DNA from: Candidatus Aegiribacteria sp.
GTDB taxonomy: Bacteria; Fermentibacterota; Fermentibacteria; Fermentibacterales; JCC-6
Length of the DNA: 64,000 nucleotides
Reading direction: 5' to 3'
Assembly (NCBI GenBank): GCA_013138965.1
Contig: WTBT01000012.1
Span: 3,497 to 67,496 of the forward strand
In this document: positions 29,157 to 38,308 of the stretch, piece by piece
How the letters are laid out: each line of letters starts with the position of its first letter
How positions within the stretch are numbered: position 1 is the stretch's first letter
The notes under the pieces: model-generated
The model's database searches: none
Told to the model about the DNA's origin: nothing
What the model saw: only the letters and a program-made list of their open reading frames with translations
Program-made: the position numbers and the translations under genes

Positions 29157-29181
29157 TTTATTATTTTGATGAGGTTAATAA

Positions 29182-30003
29182 ATGCTAGATAATGCTCAAA
29201 TGCAAGACCTGGCCCTACTGGTTCGATTGGATGTGATCGAGATGATACGAGCTGCGGGAAGCGGCCATCCCGGCGGTTCGTTTTCATCGGTAGAGATTCT
29301 TGTGGAGCTTTACTGGAATGTGATGAATATTCGCCCTGAGGAACCTCGCTGGGAAGGGAGAGACAGATTCATTCTCTCCAAGGGTCACGCATGTCCCGCA
29401 TTGTACTCGGTTCTTGCCAGAAGGGGGTATTTCGATCCAACTGAACTTATGACTCTTAGAAAACTTGGATCCAGGCTTCAGGGGCATCCGAACATGCACG
29501 ATCTTCCCGGTCTGGATGCCTCCACTGGAAGCCTTGGACAGGGTCTCTCCATCGCGTGCGGAATTGCCCACGGAATAAGGCTGGATGACAGGAAAAGCCG
29601 TGTTTTCTGCCTGCTTGGTGATGGAGAGCTGCAGGAGGGAAGCATATGGGAAGCGGCAATGACCGCCTCCCATTACAATCTGAAACATCTTACAGCTATC
29701 GTGGACCGGAACCGCGTGCAGCTGGATGGACCGGTTTCGGAAGTAATGGAGATAGAACCTCTTGTTGACAAATGGCTCGCTTTCGGATGGGACGTGATAG
29801 TTGCCGAGGGACACAGTATCCCGTCTCTTGAAAAGGCTTTTGAGCACTGCGGAGAAGCCCCCTTCCCATCGGTTATCATCGCTGATACGGTGAAGGGAAA
29901 AGGTGTTTCATTCATGGAGAACACATGCCTCTGGCATGGCAGATGTCCGGATGAAGATGAATACGCGGCAGCTGTCAGAGAGATTCGGGAAGGCCTTTCA
30001 TGA
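29182..30003 (+). CDS. Transketolase, N-terminal (TPP-binding) subunit
   Basis: AGSGHPGGSFS, the TPP-binding GDGE motif (LLGDGELQEGSIWEA), 273 aa. A GAGG RBS lies 7 nt before the ATG at 29182. The alternative ATG at 29197 is inside the repeat. Confidence 0.85.
   Translation: MLDNAQMQDLALLVRLDVIEMIRAAGSGHPGGSFSSVEILVELYWNVMNIRPEEPRWEGRDRFILSKGHACPALYSVLARRGYFDPTELMTLRKLGSRLQGHPNMHDLPGLDASTGSLGQGLSIACGIAHGIRLDDRKSRVFCLLGDGELQEGSIWEAAMTASHYNLKHLTAIVDRNRVQLDGPVSEVMEIEPLVDKWLAFGWDVIVAEGHSIPSLEKAFEHCGEAPFPSVIIADTVKGKGVSFMENTCLWHGRCPDEDEYAAAVREIREGLS
29191..29215 (-). repeat. Dispersed repeat copy, reverse orientation (GGGCCAGGTCTTGCATTTGAGCATT, 1 mismatch), lying within codons 4-11 of the transketolase N-subunit ORF
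   Basis: Reverse complement of AATGCTCAAATGCAAGACCTGGCCC. It supplies the in-frame peptide NAQMQDLA. Confidence 0.75.
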
Positions 30004-30935
30004 ATAATCTCAAGGCAACGCGGGAAGGGTATGTTGAAGGGATACTGCAGGCCGGGCGAGAGAACAGCCGGGTAGTTGTTATCGAAGGAGATGTTTCCCG
30101 ATCCATCGGGAGCGCTTCATTCGGAGAGGAATTCCCCGACAGATTCTTCAACCTCGGAGTAAGCGAGCAGGATATGCTGGGCGAAGCAGCGGGTCTTGCC
30201 CTCGAGGGCTTCATACCATTTGTGGGAACGTACGGCGTATTTATAGCCGGGCGCGCATGGGATCAGATCAGGACAAGCGTCTGTTATATGAATCTTGATG
30301 TTCGAATCGCCGGAGCGCATGGCGGAGTAAGCGTAGGACCGGACGGGGCAACACATCAGGCCCTGGAGGATGTAGCCCTCATGCGGGTGCTCCCCAACAT
30401 GAAGATCCTCGTGCCTGCTGATTCCAATCAGACAAGAGCAGCAGTTCTCGCCTCCCTTGAAGCTGACGGCCCCGTTTACATCCGTTTCGGAAGAAATCCC
30501 GTTCCTCAGCTTTACACCGGCGATGAGAAGGTGAAGATCGGTCGTGGGAATCTGCTGAGAGAAGGTAATGACGTAACACTGGTCGCGTGTGGAGCCATGG
30601 TGAGTTTATCCATCGAGGCGGCATCCATTCTCAAGGTGAAAGGCATATCCGCAGGAGTCATCGACATGGTTTCGGTGAAACCTCTTGACAGGGAACTTCT
30701 TGTGGGACAGGTCGAAAAGACTGGAGCCGTTATCGTGGCGGAGGATCACCAGGCTGCAGGCGGTCTCTTCTGCGCAGTAGCAGAGACCCTTGCGCTTGAA
30801 ATGCCTGTTCCCATAGATATTGTTGCCATGCAGGACAGTTTTGGCGCCAGCGGGTCCCCGGCTGAAGTGAGGGAGATATTCGGGCTTACAGCATCTGCAA
30901 TAGTTGAAAAAGCAGAGAAGATCCTGCATCAGTAG
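30000..30935 (+). CDS. Transketolase, C-terminal (pyrimidine-binding) subunit
   Basis: 311 aa. It overlaps the N-subunit stop (ATGA). The Pyr-binding and C-terminal domains are like the split TktA/B of archaea and some bacteria. Confidence 0.85.
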   Translation: MNNLKATREGYVEGILQAGRENSRVVVIEGDVSRSIGSASFGEEFPDRFFNLGVSEQDMLGEAAGLALEGFIPFVGTYGVFIAGRAWDQIRTSVCYMNLDVRIAGAHGGVSVGPDGATHQALEDVALMRVLPNMKILVPADSNQTRAAVLASLEADGPVYIRFGRNPVPQLYTGDEKVKIGRGNLLREGNDVTLVACGAMVSLSIEAASILKVKGISAGVIDMVSVKPLDRELLVGQVEKTGAVIVAEDHQAAGGLFCAVAETLALEMPVPIDIVAMQDSFGASGSPAEVREIFGLTASAIVEKAEKILHQ

Positions 30936-30976
30936 AACCGTTCAAGGAAGCTATATTTGTGTGAAATCCTCTGTTA

Positions 30977-31005
30977 TTGACTTGAAACATACCCGGTCGT
31001 AGTTT
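30977..31005 (+). promoter_or_regulatory. Candidate sigma70-type promoter (TTGACT-17 nt-TAGTTT) upstream of the dehydrogenase gene
   Basis: Motif read from the sequence. The -10 element is weak. Confidence 0.2.
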
Positions 31006-31060
31006 GCACGATATCTTGGATTCTGGTACTAATCGTTATTCTAAATTCAGGAGGAAATAA

Positions 31061-31969
31061 ATGGCGCGAGTACTTATATGTGACCCGGTTGCCCAGGATG
31101 CTATTGAAGCTATCCGCAAAGGCGGCCATGAAGTAGTCGAGAAAACAGGCATGTCAGTTGAAGAACTGATGGAGACCGCACCGCAGTTCGACGCTCTGGT
31201 CGTGCGCGGCGCGACAAAGGTCAGAAAGCCCGTCCTTGAAAAGGCGGCCAGGGGAAATCTTAAACTGATAGTCCGCGGTGGAGTAGGGCTTGATAACATC
31301 GATCTTGATGACGCTGCTGAACTCGGTATATCGGTCAGGAATACTCCTGCCGCAAGCAGCGTTGCCGTCGCCGAGCTTGCAATGGCTCATTTGCTGGCGT
31401 GCAGCCGCTTTCTTGGTCCTGCGAACTGCACCATGAAAAAAGGTGAGTGGAACAAGAAAGCGTACGGCAAGGGCAAAGAGCTCTGGAATTCAACGCTTGG
31501 TTTAATTGGATTCGGACGCATTTCAAAGGAAGTGGCCAAAAGGGCGAAGGCATTCGGGATGAAAATTATTTTCTTCGATCCCTTTATCGATGACGAAGAA
31601 GGTGCGCAAAAAGTAGATCTTGATACCCTGTGCAGGGAATCCGATTTCATAAGCCTTCACATTCCCCACAATACAGAAACCCATTACCTTCTGGACGCTC
31701 CTCAGTTCGACATGATGAAGGACGGAGTGATCGTAGTGAACTGCGCCAGGGGAGGCACGGTTAACGAAACCGCCCTTCTGGAAGCCATGAAATCCGGCAA
31801 GGTATTCGCCGCGGGAGTTGACGTTTACGAAGAGGAACCAGCCAAAGGAAATGTTCTTGCGGAATTCGAAATGACCGTGGCCACTCCTCATATCGGGGCA
31901 GGAAGCGCCGCCGCCTCGAAGCGTGTGGGCGCTGAAGTTGCCCGTACGATTAACGAATTTTTCGAGTAA
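31061..31969 (+). CDS. D-isomer-specific 2-hydroxyacid dehydrogenase (short-form D-3-phosphoglycerate dehydrogenase-like)
   Basis: NAD-binding GLIGFGRISKEVAKRAKAFGMK, catalytic region (NCARGG...D...H). 302 aa. A GGAGG RBS precedes the start. Confidence 0.8.
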   Translation: MARVLICDPVAQDAIEAIRKGGHEVVEKTGMSVEELMETAPQFDALVVRGATKVRKPVLEKAARGNLKLIVRGGVGLDNIDLDDAAELGISVRNTPAASSVAVAELAMAHLLACSRFLGPANCTMKKGEWNKKAYGKGKELWNSTLGLIGFGRISKEVAKRAKAFGMKIIFFDPFIDDEEGAQKVDLDTLCRESDFISLHIPHNTETHYLLDAPQFDMMKDGVIVVNCARGGTVNETALLEAMKSGKVFAAGVDVYEEEPAKGNVLAEFEMTVATPHIGAGSAAASKRVGAEVARTINEFFE

Positions 31970-31987
31970 AAGTATAAGATCATACAA

Positions 31988-33262
31988 TTGAAAGGTGGAT
32001 CCATGCGGAAAAACTGGATAGGTATTCCAGCCCTCATGATTCTCCTTCTGCTGCCTGCTTTGTCAGTTGCCCGGGGTGATGACGAAATATTGACACCGGT
32101 AGCAGAAGAACAGCTGGCGGAACCCGATCCCGGACTTGATGTGTCTGGCACAGTCACTGTGCAGGATAAGGATAACGATGCCGGAGACCTGCTGCTGGTC
32201 TCTTTCGAGTTGCCGGCAGATACCGAAGGTATCTTTGCCTACAATGTCTACAGGCGTGTTGCCGGTGAAGAGGGTGAAGGCTCCTGGAACCTGGTAGAGA
32301 TTATCCCCGCGGATGGGCTGTCGGAATTCATCGATGGTTACGATCCCGAGTATCCGATAGCGTCGGGAGTTCTGTACGAATACAGAATTGCGTCCGCAAC
32401 CGTTGATGGCGAAGAGTTCTTCGGCCCCGAGTGCGAGGCCGGAGTTGTCTCAAAAGGTGAAATCTACCATACCGGTAAAACAAAGATATTTATCGCCAGT
32501 ATTCTCTTCATAGGCCTTATCTTCTACTACTTCGGAAAAGCTCAAAAGGGCATAGAGATGTACATGCGGCCCATCGCCGGGATAGAGGCCATCGATGAGG
32601 CTATCGGCCGCGCCACCGAGATGGGGAAACCCGTGCTTTACGTCCCCGGGATCTCCAGCATCGCCGATGTGGCAACCATCGCAAGCCTTACCATTCTGGG
32701 AAGGGTGGCCAAGAAAATAGCTCTGTATCAGACGCCGCTTATTGTACCCAACCGTGATCCTATCGTATTTACGGTAGCCGAGGAAGTGGTTAAACAGGCG
32801 TACCTAGAAGCCGGACGTCCCGACGCGTACGATCCGGATTCGGTCTTCTTTGTCACCACCAGCCAGTTCGCTTACGTCGCGGCAGTCAACGGCATTATGA
32901 TGAGGGAAAAACCGGCCACCAATTTCTACCTTGGAATGTTCTATGCCGAATCGCTGCTGCTTGCCGAGACCGGTTCCCTTTCAGGAGCCATCCAGATAGC
33001 CGGAACCGATGCCGTGACCCAGCTGCCCTTCTTCATAACCACATGTGATTACACACTTATAGGTGAGGAACTTTATGCAGCCAGCGCGTACCTTGGCCGG
33101 GAGCCCAAACAGATAGGCGCCTTGAAGGGCCAGGATGCCTGCAAGGCAATAATAATGACTTTCATTACCGTTGCTCTGATATTCGGTGTAATTGATGTTG
33201 TAGCAAACACTCACATCCTGGACTGGTTTCGTGATCTTGTAACCAGTCCGATTGTAGATTAA
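31988..33262 (+). CDS. Uncharacterised membrane protein (gene 1 of a 4-gene operon)
   Basis: 424 aa. Signal peptide, then a beta-sandwich-like ectodomain of about 140 aa, a TM helix (IFIASILFIGLIFYYFG), a domain of about 230 aa and a C-terminal TM (AIIMTFITVALIFGVIDVV). I recognise no family. Confidence 0.5.
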   Translation: MKGGSMRKNWIGIPALMILLLLPALSVARGDDEILTPVAEEQLAEPDPGLDVSGTVTVQDKDNDAGDLLLVSFELPADTEGIFAYNVYRRVAGEEGEGSWNLVEIIPADGLSEFIDGYDPEYPIASGVLYEYRIASATVDGEEFFGPECEAGVVSKGEIYHTGKTKIFIASILFIGLIFYYFGKAQKGIEMYMRPIAGIEAIDEAIGRATEMGKPVLYVPGISSIADVATIASLTILGRVAKKIALYQTPLIVPNRDPIVFTVAEEVVKQAYLEAGRPDAYDPDSVFFVTTSQFAYVAAVNGIMMREKPATNFYLGMFYAESLLLAETGSLSGAIQIAGTDAVTQLPFFITTCDYTLIGEELYAASAYLGREPKQIGALKGQDACKAIIMTFITVALIFGVIDVVANTHILDWFRDLVTSPIVD

Positions 33263-33286
33263 GCCCACCGGAAGGGAGAAAGAACA

Positions 33287-33931
33287 GTGAAAAGAACTGT
33301 TCCGCTTATGATTGTAATGGTGGGCGGAATACTGATGATCCTGCAGTATTTCATTCCACACCAGATATCGCAGACCGTACTCGCATACTATACGGACTGG
33401 GCTCCAATAATTCTTGCGTTCGCGCTGGTACTTGGAGTCGGAAGTCTCACAAGAATTCATTCACACAAGATACGGAGGAAGGCGAAGAACTGGCAGTACA
33501 GCTATGCTGTTCTGATACCATTGTTCGGGATGCCTATCCTGGCGCACATATGGCCCGCATCCCTCAGCGGGGGGATGGATTCGCCCAGTATTTTCCATTT
33601 CCTCTTCATGCATGTGCAGGTTCCCATACAGGCAACCATGTTCAGCCTGCTGGCCTTTTACATCGCAAGTGCCGCTTTCAGGGCGTTCAGGGCTAAATCG
33701 GCGCTTGCCACACTGCTGCTGCTTGCGGCAGTGGTTGTAATGCTGGGTCAGGTGCCTATCGGAGAACTGTTCGGCAGATGGCTGCCGGAAACGGGGCTCT
33801 GGATTCTGCGTTACCCGAACCTTGCGGCCAAACGGGCCATAATGCTGGGTGTCGGGTTCGGTATGCTGGCAACAAACTTAAAAATAATATTCGGAGTCGA
33901 GCGCAACTGGCTCGGCGGAGCAGGGAAGTAG
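33287..33931 (+). CDS. Uncharacterised polytopic membrane protein (gene 2 of the operon)
   Basis: 214 aa with about 6 predicted TM helices. No family recognised. Confidence 0.5.
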   Translation: MKRTVPLMIVMVGGILMILQYFIPHQISQTVLAYYTDWAPIILAFALVLGVGSLTRIHSHKIRRKAKNWQYSYAVLIPLFGMPILAHIWPASLSGGMDSPSIFHFLFMHVQVPIQATMFSLLAFYIASAAFRAFRAKSALATLLLLAAVVVMLGQVPIGELFGRWLPETGLWILRYPNLAAKRAIMLGVGFGMLATNLKIIFGVERNWLGGAGK

Positions 33932-34933
33932 GTGAGTGCCGTGAATATCTGGGAAAGAATGCTCAACATAGACCGGCGCTGGATCTTCCTTGGAATAGGG
34001 ATAGTGTCAATAGTACCGTTCTTCATCAACTTCGGAATGCCTGTAAGAACTACCATTGAAGTCGAGAGTATTTACGATTACGTCGATGAACTGGGCTCCG
34101 AAAACGCAATCTTCATCAGTTTCGATTTTGCCCCCGGTACACAGGCGGAGAACATGCCCATGGCAGTGGCTGTTATGCGCCACGCGTTTTATAACGATGT
34201 TCCGGTGTTCATGACCGCGAACTGGCCTCTGCATCATGGAATGATGCTTGCCGCTATGGAGTATGTATTCAATCCGACTACGGAAGGATTTTATCAGGAT
34301 ATTGACTTCGATGACTGGAGGGAGCTTCGAGAAGCGGGCGTTACAGCCAAAGGCGACCTGGTTGATGCCTGGGAGAGCCAGGGGAACCAGCTTCCGGATG
34401 GAGCGATGGGCTGGGTTTTCGAGGGCAGGGATTACGCGGCTCTGGGGTACGCTCCGGTCTTCAACCTCGTGATACTGGGAATGACCATCTCAATAGAAAC
34501 GCAGTACCCTATCGACGCGCATGAAAATGCCCTTGGAGAGATGCCTATGCTCCAGGAACACAAGAGTCTCAGGGAAGTGGACCTGACTCTTACCTGTTCA
34601 GGCTCCGCTGCCTGCGAATGGTGGATCACATACGCTCGGGAGAAGATAGGGATGCCCGTGGCTTTCGGCGTTACAGCCGTCAGCGCTACGGATTACTTCC
34701 CGTACCTGCAGACGGGACAGGTGATAGGCCAGATGGGAGGCCTGCGGGGCGCCGCCGAGTACGAGGTGCTTCTGGCCGAGAATGGTATTACATCCTCCAC
34801 CGATAAGGCTTTCACCGGGATGGATGTCCAGTCAGTAGCACACATCCTCATAATTCTACTCATCATCATGGGTAACATCGCGTTCTTCGCGGGTGGTTTT
34901 CACAAGAAGGCACTGCTTAAGGAAGGGAGGTAG
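33932..34933 (+). CDS. Uncharacterised bitopic membrane protein (gene 3 of the operon)
   Basis: 333 aa. N-terminal TM (WIFLGIGIVSIVPFFINF), a soluble domain of about 270 aa and a C-terminal TM (VAHILIILLIIMGNIAFFAG). The start abuts the gene 2 stop. Confidence 0.5.
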   Translation: MSAVNIWERMLNIDRRWIFLGIGIVSIVPFFINFGMPVRTTIEVESIYDYVDELGSENAIFISFDFAPGTQAENMPMAVAVMRHAFYNDVPVFMTANWPLHHGMMLAAMEYVFNPTTEGFYQDIDFDDWRELREAGVTAKGDLVDAWESQGNQLPDGAMGWVFEGRDYAALGYAPVFNLVILGMTISIETQYPIDAHENALGEMPMLQEHKSLREVDLTLTCSGSAACEWWITYAREKIGMPVAFGVTAVSATDYFPYLQTGQVIGQMGGLRGAAEYEVLLAENGITSSTDKAFTGMDVQSVAHILIILLIIMGNIAFFAGGFHKKALLKEGR

Positions 34934-34936
34934 GAA

Positions 34937-35566
34937 ATGTATGAGACTATAGGCATCTGGGTAGGCGCGATTTTTACGCTTGCCATCTACTCTTTCCTTT
35001 ACAAGGAGAATTCCATCTACAGGCTTGCGGAGCATCTGGTGGTGGGCATATCAGCGGGATATGGAATGGCCATCACATACCAGATAACCATAAAGCCGAG
35101 ACTCGTAGATCCCCTCCTGAGCGGAGACCACTGGATACTGCTCATTCCGGGAATACTGGGATTACTGTACATAACAAGGTTCATTCCGCGGATATCCTGG
35201 ATGTCCAGATATCCCATAGGCTTCTACATGGGAACGGCCATGGGTGTTGGTTTTCCGCTTACCATGAAGGCGAGAGTGCTTCGCCAGCTGGAAGGCGCCA
35301 TGGTGCCCCTTTACCAGTCGGGCATGGCCTGGTACGAGGTGACAGGTAACGTGGTGATGATCCTTGGAACCCTTGCGGCTCTGATCTACTTCTTCTTCTC
35401 CAAACCGCACAAGGGGCTGTTCTTCGGTACTGGTTCAAAGATCGGTATCTGGGTGATCATGGTCGGTTTTGGCGCTACTTTCGGTTTTACCGTAATGGGC
35501 CGTATCAGTCTGCTCATCGGCAGAATACAGTACCTGTTGGGAGACTGGTTGCATGTTATAGAGTAG
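34937..35566 (+). CDS. Uncharacterised polytopic membrane protein (gene 4 of the operon)
   Basis: 209 aa with about 6 TM helices. It starts 4 nt after the gene 3 stop and has an AGGGAGG RBS. Confidence 0.5.
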   Translation: MYETIGIWVGAIFTLAIYSFLYKENSIYRLAEHLVVGISAGYGMAITYQITIKPRLVDPLLSGDHWILLIPGILGLLYITRFIPRISWMSRYPIGFYMGTAMGVGFPLTMKARVLRQLEGAMVPLYQSGMAWYEVTGNVVMILGTLAALIYFFFSKPHKGLFFGTGSKIGIWVIMVGFGATFGFTVMGRISLLIGRIQYLLGDWLHVIE

Positions 35567-35573
35567 CATGAAA

Positions 35574-35701
35574 GGGTCAGGTCTTGCATTCGAGCGTTTG
35601 AAATTGAAACAAAAGTGACAATGTGAAGGGGTCAGGTCTTGCATTCGAGCATTTGAAATTGAAACAAAAGTGACTAATGCTCAAATGCAAGACCTGACCC
35701 C
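35574..35701 (+). repeat. Composite repeat. Two direct units (GGGTCAGGTCTTGCATTCGAGCRTT + TGAAATTGAAACAAAAGTGAC) are followed by an inverted copy. This forms a 26-bp stem (1 mismatch) with a 22-nt loop.
   Basis: Direct units start at 35574 and 35628. The inverted arm is at 35676-35701 (AATGCTCAAATGCAAGACCTGACCCC). It is followed by the short repeats CCACTCATG / CCACTCGTG / CCACTCATG. Confidence 0.8.
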
Positions 35702-35791
35702 ACTCATGTGACCCCACTCGTGACCCCCACTCATGCCCCCATTTCACAGCTTGACCTTTTGAATCTGTTTTCGTAAATTGGCTCGAACGGT

Positions 35792-35867
<76 letters not shown>

Positions 35868-35999
35868 TTTCTAATTACTATTCCTTGTTCCGGGCTGTTC
35901 TTCCACTCAGGCATTTTTTCACCTTCCGATCTTTTCATTACCAACAGCCTGATATAGATTTACATATGAACTGTCCATTGTCAGTATGATCCATGACGG

Positions 36000-37115
36000 A
36001 TGAAAACGGGAGAGAACCGCTTGAAGATATTTCAAATCATCAACAGTCTGCAGATGGGCGGGGCCGAGAAACAGGCTCTGGGCCTCCATCAGCGGTACCT
36101 TGAACGGAATCATGACAGTATTCTTATTTCCCTTGCCGGGGAAGAAAGAGGATGGACGGGCAGGGGTGTATTCTCTCTTGGTTTCAGTACACCCTACAAC
36201 CCTTTCATTCTTCCCTCTCTTTTCGACATGAAGGATGAGCTTGACCTCAGGGAAGCTGATATCATACATGCCCATCTTTTTCCATCACAGCTTATTACAG
36301 GGCTTCTTCTGGAAGCCATGCCCCTCAGAGCTCGTTTTGTAACCACCGAGCACAGTACGGCTAACAGGCGAAGAGGAGCCTCTGCAGGCAGACTGATCGA
36401 TCGCTGGTTCTATCAGCGATTCTGTAGGATCATCTGCGTAAGTCAGGCCGCGGCTTTCGAGCTTGCTGAATGGATTCCGGAAGTTTCAGATAAATTGGAG
36501 GTCGTATTCAACGGTATTGATCTCAGTGAGTTCAGCAGAAAATCTTCCTCGCGCTATACCAACAGGAAAACCATACTTTCTGTGGGAAGGCTGACGGAAG
36601 CAAAGAACTATCACGCCGCAATTGAAGCCTTTTCACTTCTGCGCACCAGAAGCACTCTTGGTCTGCAGTACTGTATTGCCGGCGGCGGCAAGCTGGAGTC
36701 GGTGTTGAAAAACCATGCCCTCGAACTTGGCGTTTCCGGCAGCGTTAAATTTTTAGGAGAAATCAGTGATATATCCTCCCTGATGAAACAGGCTGATGTA
36801 TTCTTCATGCCTTCATCCAGGGAAGGTTTCGGGATAGCCGCAGTCGAGGCCATGGCTTCGGGATTACCCGTCGTTGCCTCCAGCCTTCCCGGGATCGGTG
36901 ACGTTGTTGGACGTGACCAGCACTGTGGCATTCTTGTTGATCCCGGTTCCCCCTCCGAAATGGCGGAAGCTCTGCAATGTCTGCTTGAAAATGACATATT
37001 GTCATGGAGGATGGGATCCAGTGCTTTAAAACGTGCTGGTACCTTCAGTATTGAAATCACAACTGATAAATATCTTGCACTGTATGAGAATATCCTGAAA
37101 AGAGAATCTGTGTGA
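36000..37115 (+). CDS. Glycosyltransferase family 4 (GT-B, retaining)
   Basis: EGFGIAAVEAMASGLPVV (EX7E motif region). N-terminal Gly-rich MGGAEK. 371 aa. Confidence 0.8.
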   Translation: MKTGENRLKIFQIINSLQMGGAEKQALGLHQRYLERNHDSILISLAGEERGWTGRGVFSLGFSTPYNPFILPSLFDMKDELDLREADIIHAHLFPSQLITGLLLEAMPLRARFVTTEHSTANRRRGASAGRLIDRWFYQRFCRIICVSQAAAFELAEWIPEVSDKLEVVFNGIDLSEFSRKSSSRYTNRKTILSVGRLTEAKNYHAAIEAFSLLRTRSTLGLQYCIAGGGKLESVLKNHALELGVSGSVKFLGEISDISSLMKQADVFFMPSSREGFGIAAVEAMASGLPVVASSLPGIGDVVGRDQHCGILVDPGSPSEMAEALQCLLENDILSWRMGSSALKRAGTFSIEITTDKYLALYENILKRESV

Positions 37116-37558
37116 ATATAGTTACAATGAAGAAGAGCGATTATGAAGAGTTGCTGGCGTTGTGGAGCGGCTTTACCGGTAATACCATGACCGGTGCCGA
37201 CAGCAGGGGGGATTTTGAGAAGTTTCTGAGCAGGAACTCTGATTACTGTTTTTCAGCATTTGAAAATGCTCGTCTTGTCGGATCTGTAATGGCCGGTAAC
37301 GATTCAAGAAGAGGATATATCTACCATCTGGCAGTGGATAACTCACTTCAGGCGAAAGGAACAGGCAGGAAGCTCATGGATGCCGCTGAAAATGCGTTGA
37401 GAGATGCCGGGATAGAGAAAGCCCACCTGTTCATATACACTGATAATACCGCGATAAAGTTCTACGAAAAAACCGGCTGGCACAGTCGCAGCGATATAAC
37501 GGTTATGAGCAAGGTGCTGATAGGGGATAAATACGTGGGCACCCGCATGGAGGAGTGA
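37112..37558 (+). CDS. GNAT family N-acetyltransferase
   Basis: Acetyl-CoA binding motif (LAVDNSLQAKGTGRKLM). 148 aa. It overlaps the GT4 stop. Confidence 0.7.
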   Translation: MNIVTMKKSDYEELLALWSGFTGNTMTGADSRGDFEKFLSRNSDYCFSAFENARLVGSVMAGNDSRRGYIYHLAVDNSLQAKGTGRKLMDAAENALRDAGIEKAHLFIYTDNTAIKFYEKTGWHSRSDITVMSKVLIGDKYVGTRMEE

Positions 37559-37659
37559 TGAACTTCCTTTTTTGTTTTCCAGCTGGCATGATAAGCCATT
37601 GAAGTATTATCCTCAGAACAATTGATGTAGAAACCGAGGGATAATGGTTTCTGGAGGGG

Positions 37660-38127
37660 TTGGCTGATTTGCCTGATCTCCTGGTCCCGTTGTACGATCT
37701 GCCCGGTAACCCGGAACAGGATGGTCTGTGGGTGGGAAAACCGCTCTCTCACCAAGCGCCCTCCGTGCTTTCATTCATCCATGACAATTTCAGCAGCGGC
37801 TGGAAGGCTGAAGCCGGGGCCGCCTTTGGATCCGTGCCACCCACAATAATCGTTGCCGCAGATTGCGCATCCGGCAGACTCGCCGGTTTCTGCTGCTGGG
37901 ACTGTACTGCAAAGGGGTTTCTGGGACCAATAGGTGTGCACGATGACTTTCGCGGAAAAGGTGTCGGAAAAGCTGTTGTGATCGCAGCGCTTCACAGTAT
38001 GAGGGAGGCTGGTTACGGTTACGCTGTAATAGGTGCCGCGGGACCTGTTGAATTCTTCCGGAGGATATGCGACGCCAGAGTCATTGAAGACAGTACCCCG
38101 GGAATATACGGCAACCCAATAAAGTAG
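37660..38127 (+). CDS. GNAT family N-acetyltransferase
   Basis: GVHDDFRGKGVGKAVVIAAL motif A. 155 aa. Its TAG stop is fused to a repeat copy. Confidence 0.6.
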   Translation: MADLPDLLVPLYDLPGNPEQDGLWVGKPLSHQAPSVLSFIHDNFSSGWKAEAGAAFGSVPPTIIVAADCASGRLAGFCCWDCTAKGFLGPIGVHDDFRGKGVGKAVVIAALHSMREAGYGYAVIGAAGPVEFFRRICDARVIEDSTPGIYGNPIK

Positions 38128-38157
38128 GGTCAGGTCTTGCATTTGAGCATTATTATC
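38127..38157 (+). repeat. Dispersed repeat copy (identical 31-mer to 18991-19021), abutting the GNAT gene TAG stop
   Basis: GGGTCAGGTCTTGCATTTGAGCATTATTATC, followed by a low-GC stretch of about 150 nt. Confidence 0.8.
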
Positions 38158-38308
38158 CTATTATTATCAGCTATTGATATAATCATACCGTATCTACTTG
38201 AGTAAATGTTTAGCCTGCTATTAAGGCAATCGCTTGGCCTAAGGCATATTATTAATTATTATGGCCACTACAAATAACCCATAAGTTGGAGAAGTGTGGT
38301 ACGTCCCC

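Noticed and set aside
33778-34059. 93-aa + ORF spanning the junction of membrane-operon genes 2 and 3
   Set aside because: Alternative frame overlapping two tightly coupled genes with better coding features. Arg-rich artefact.
35574-35701. Possible mini-CRISPR array (direct repeats of about 25 nt with roughly 22-30 nt intervening sequence)
   Set aside because: Only two direct units plus one inverted unit. The 'spacers' are identical to each other (TGAAATTGAAACAAAAGTGAC). The same repeat occurs singly at four other loci fused to stop codons. No cas genes are present in the window. It is better explained as a REP/MITE-like repeat cluster.
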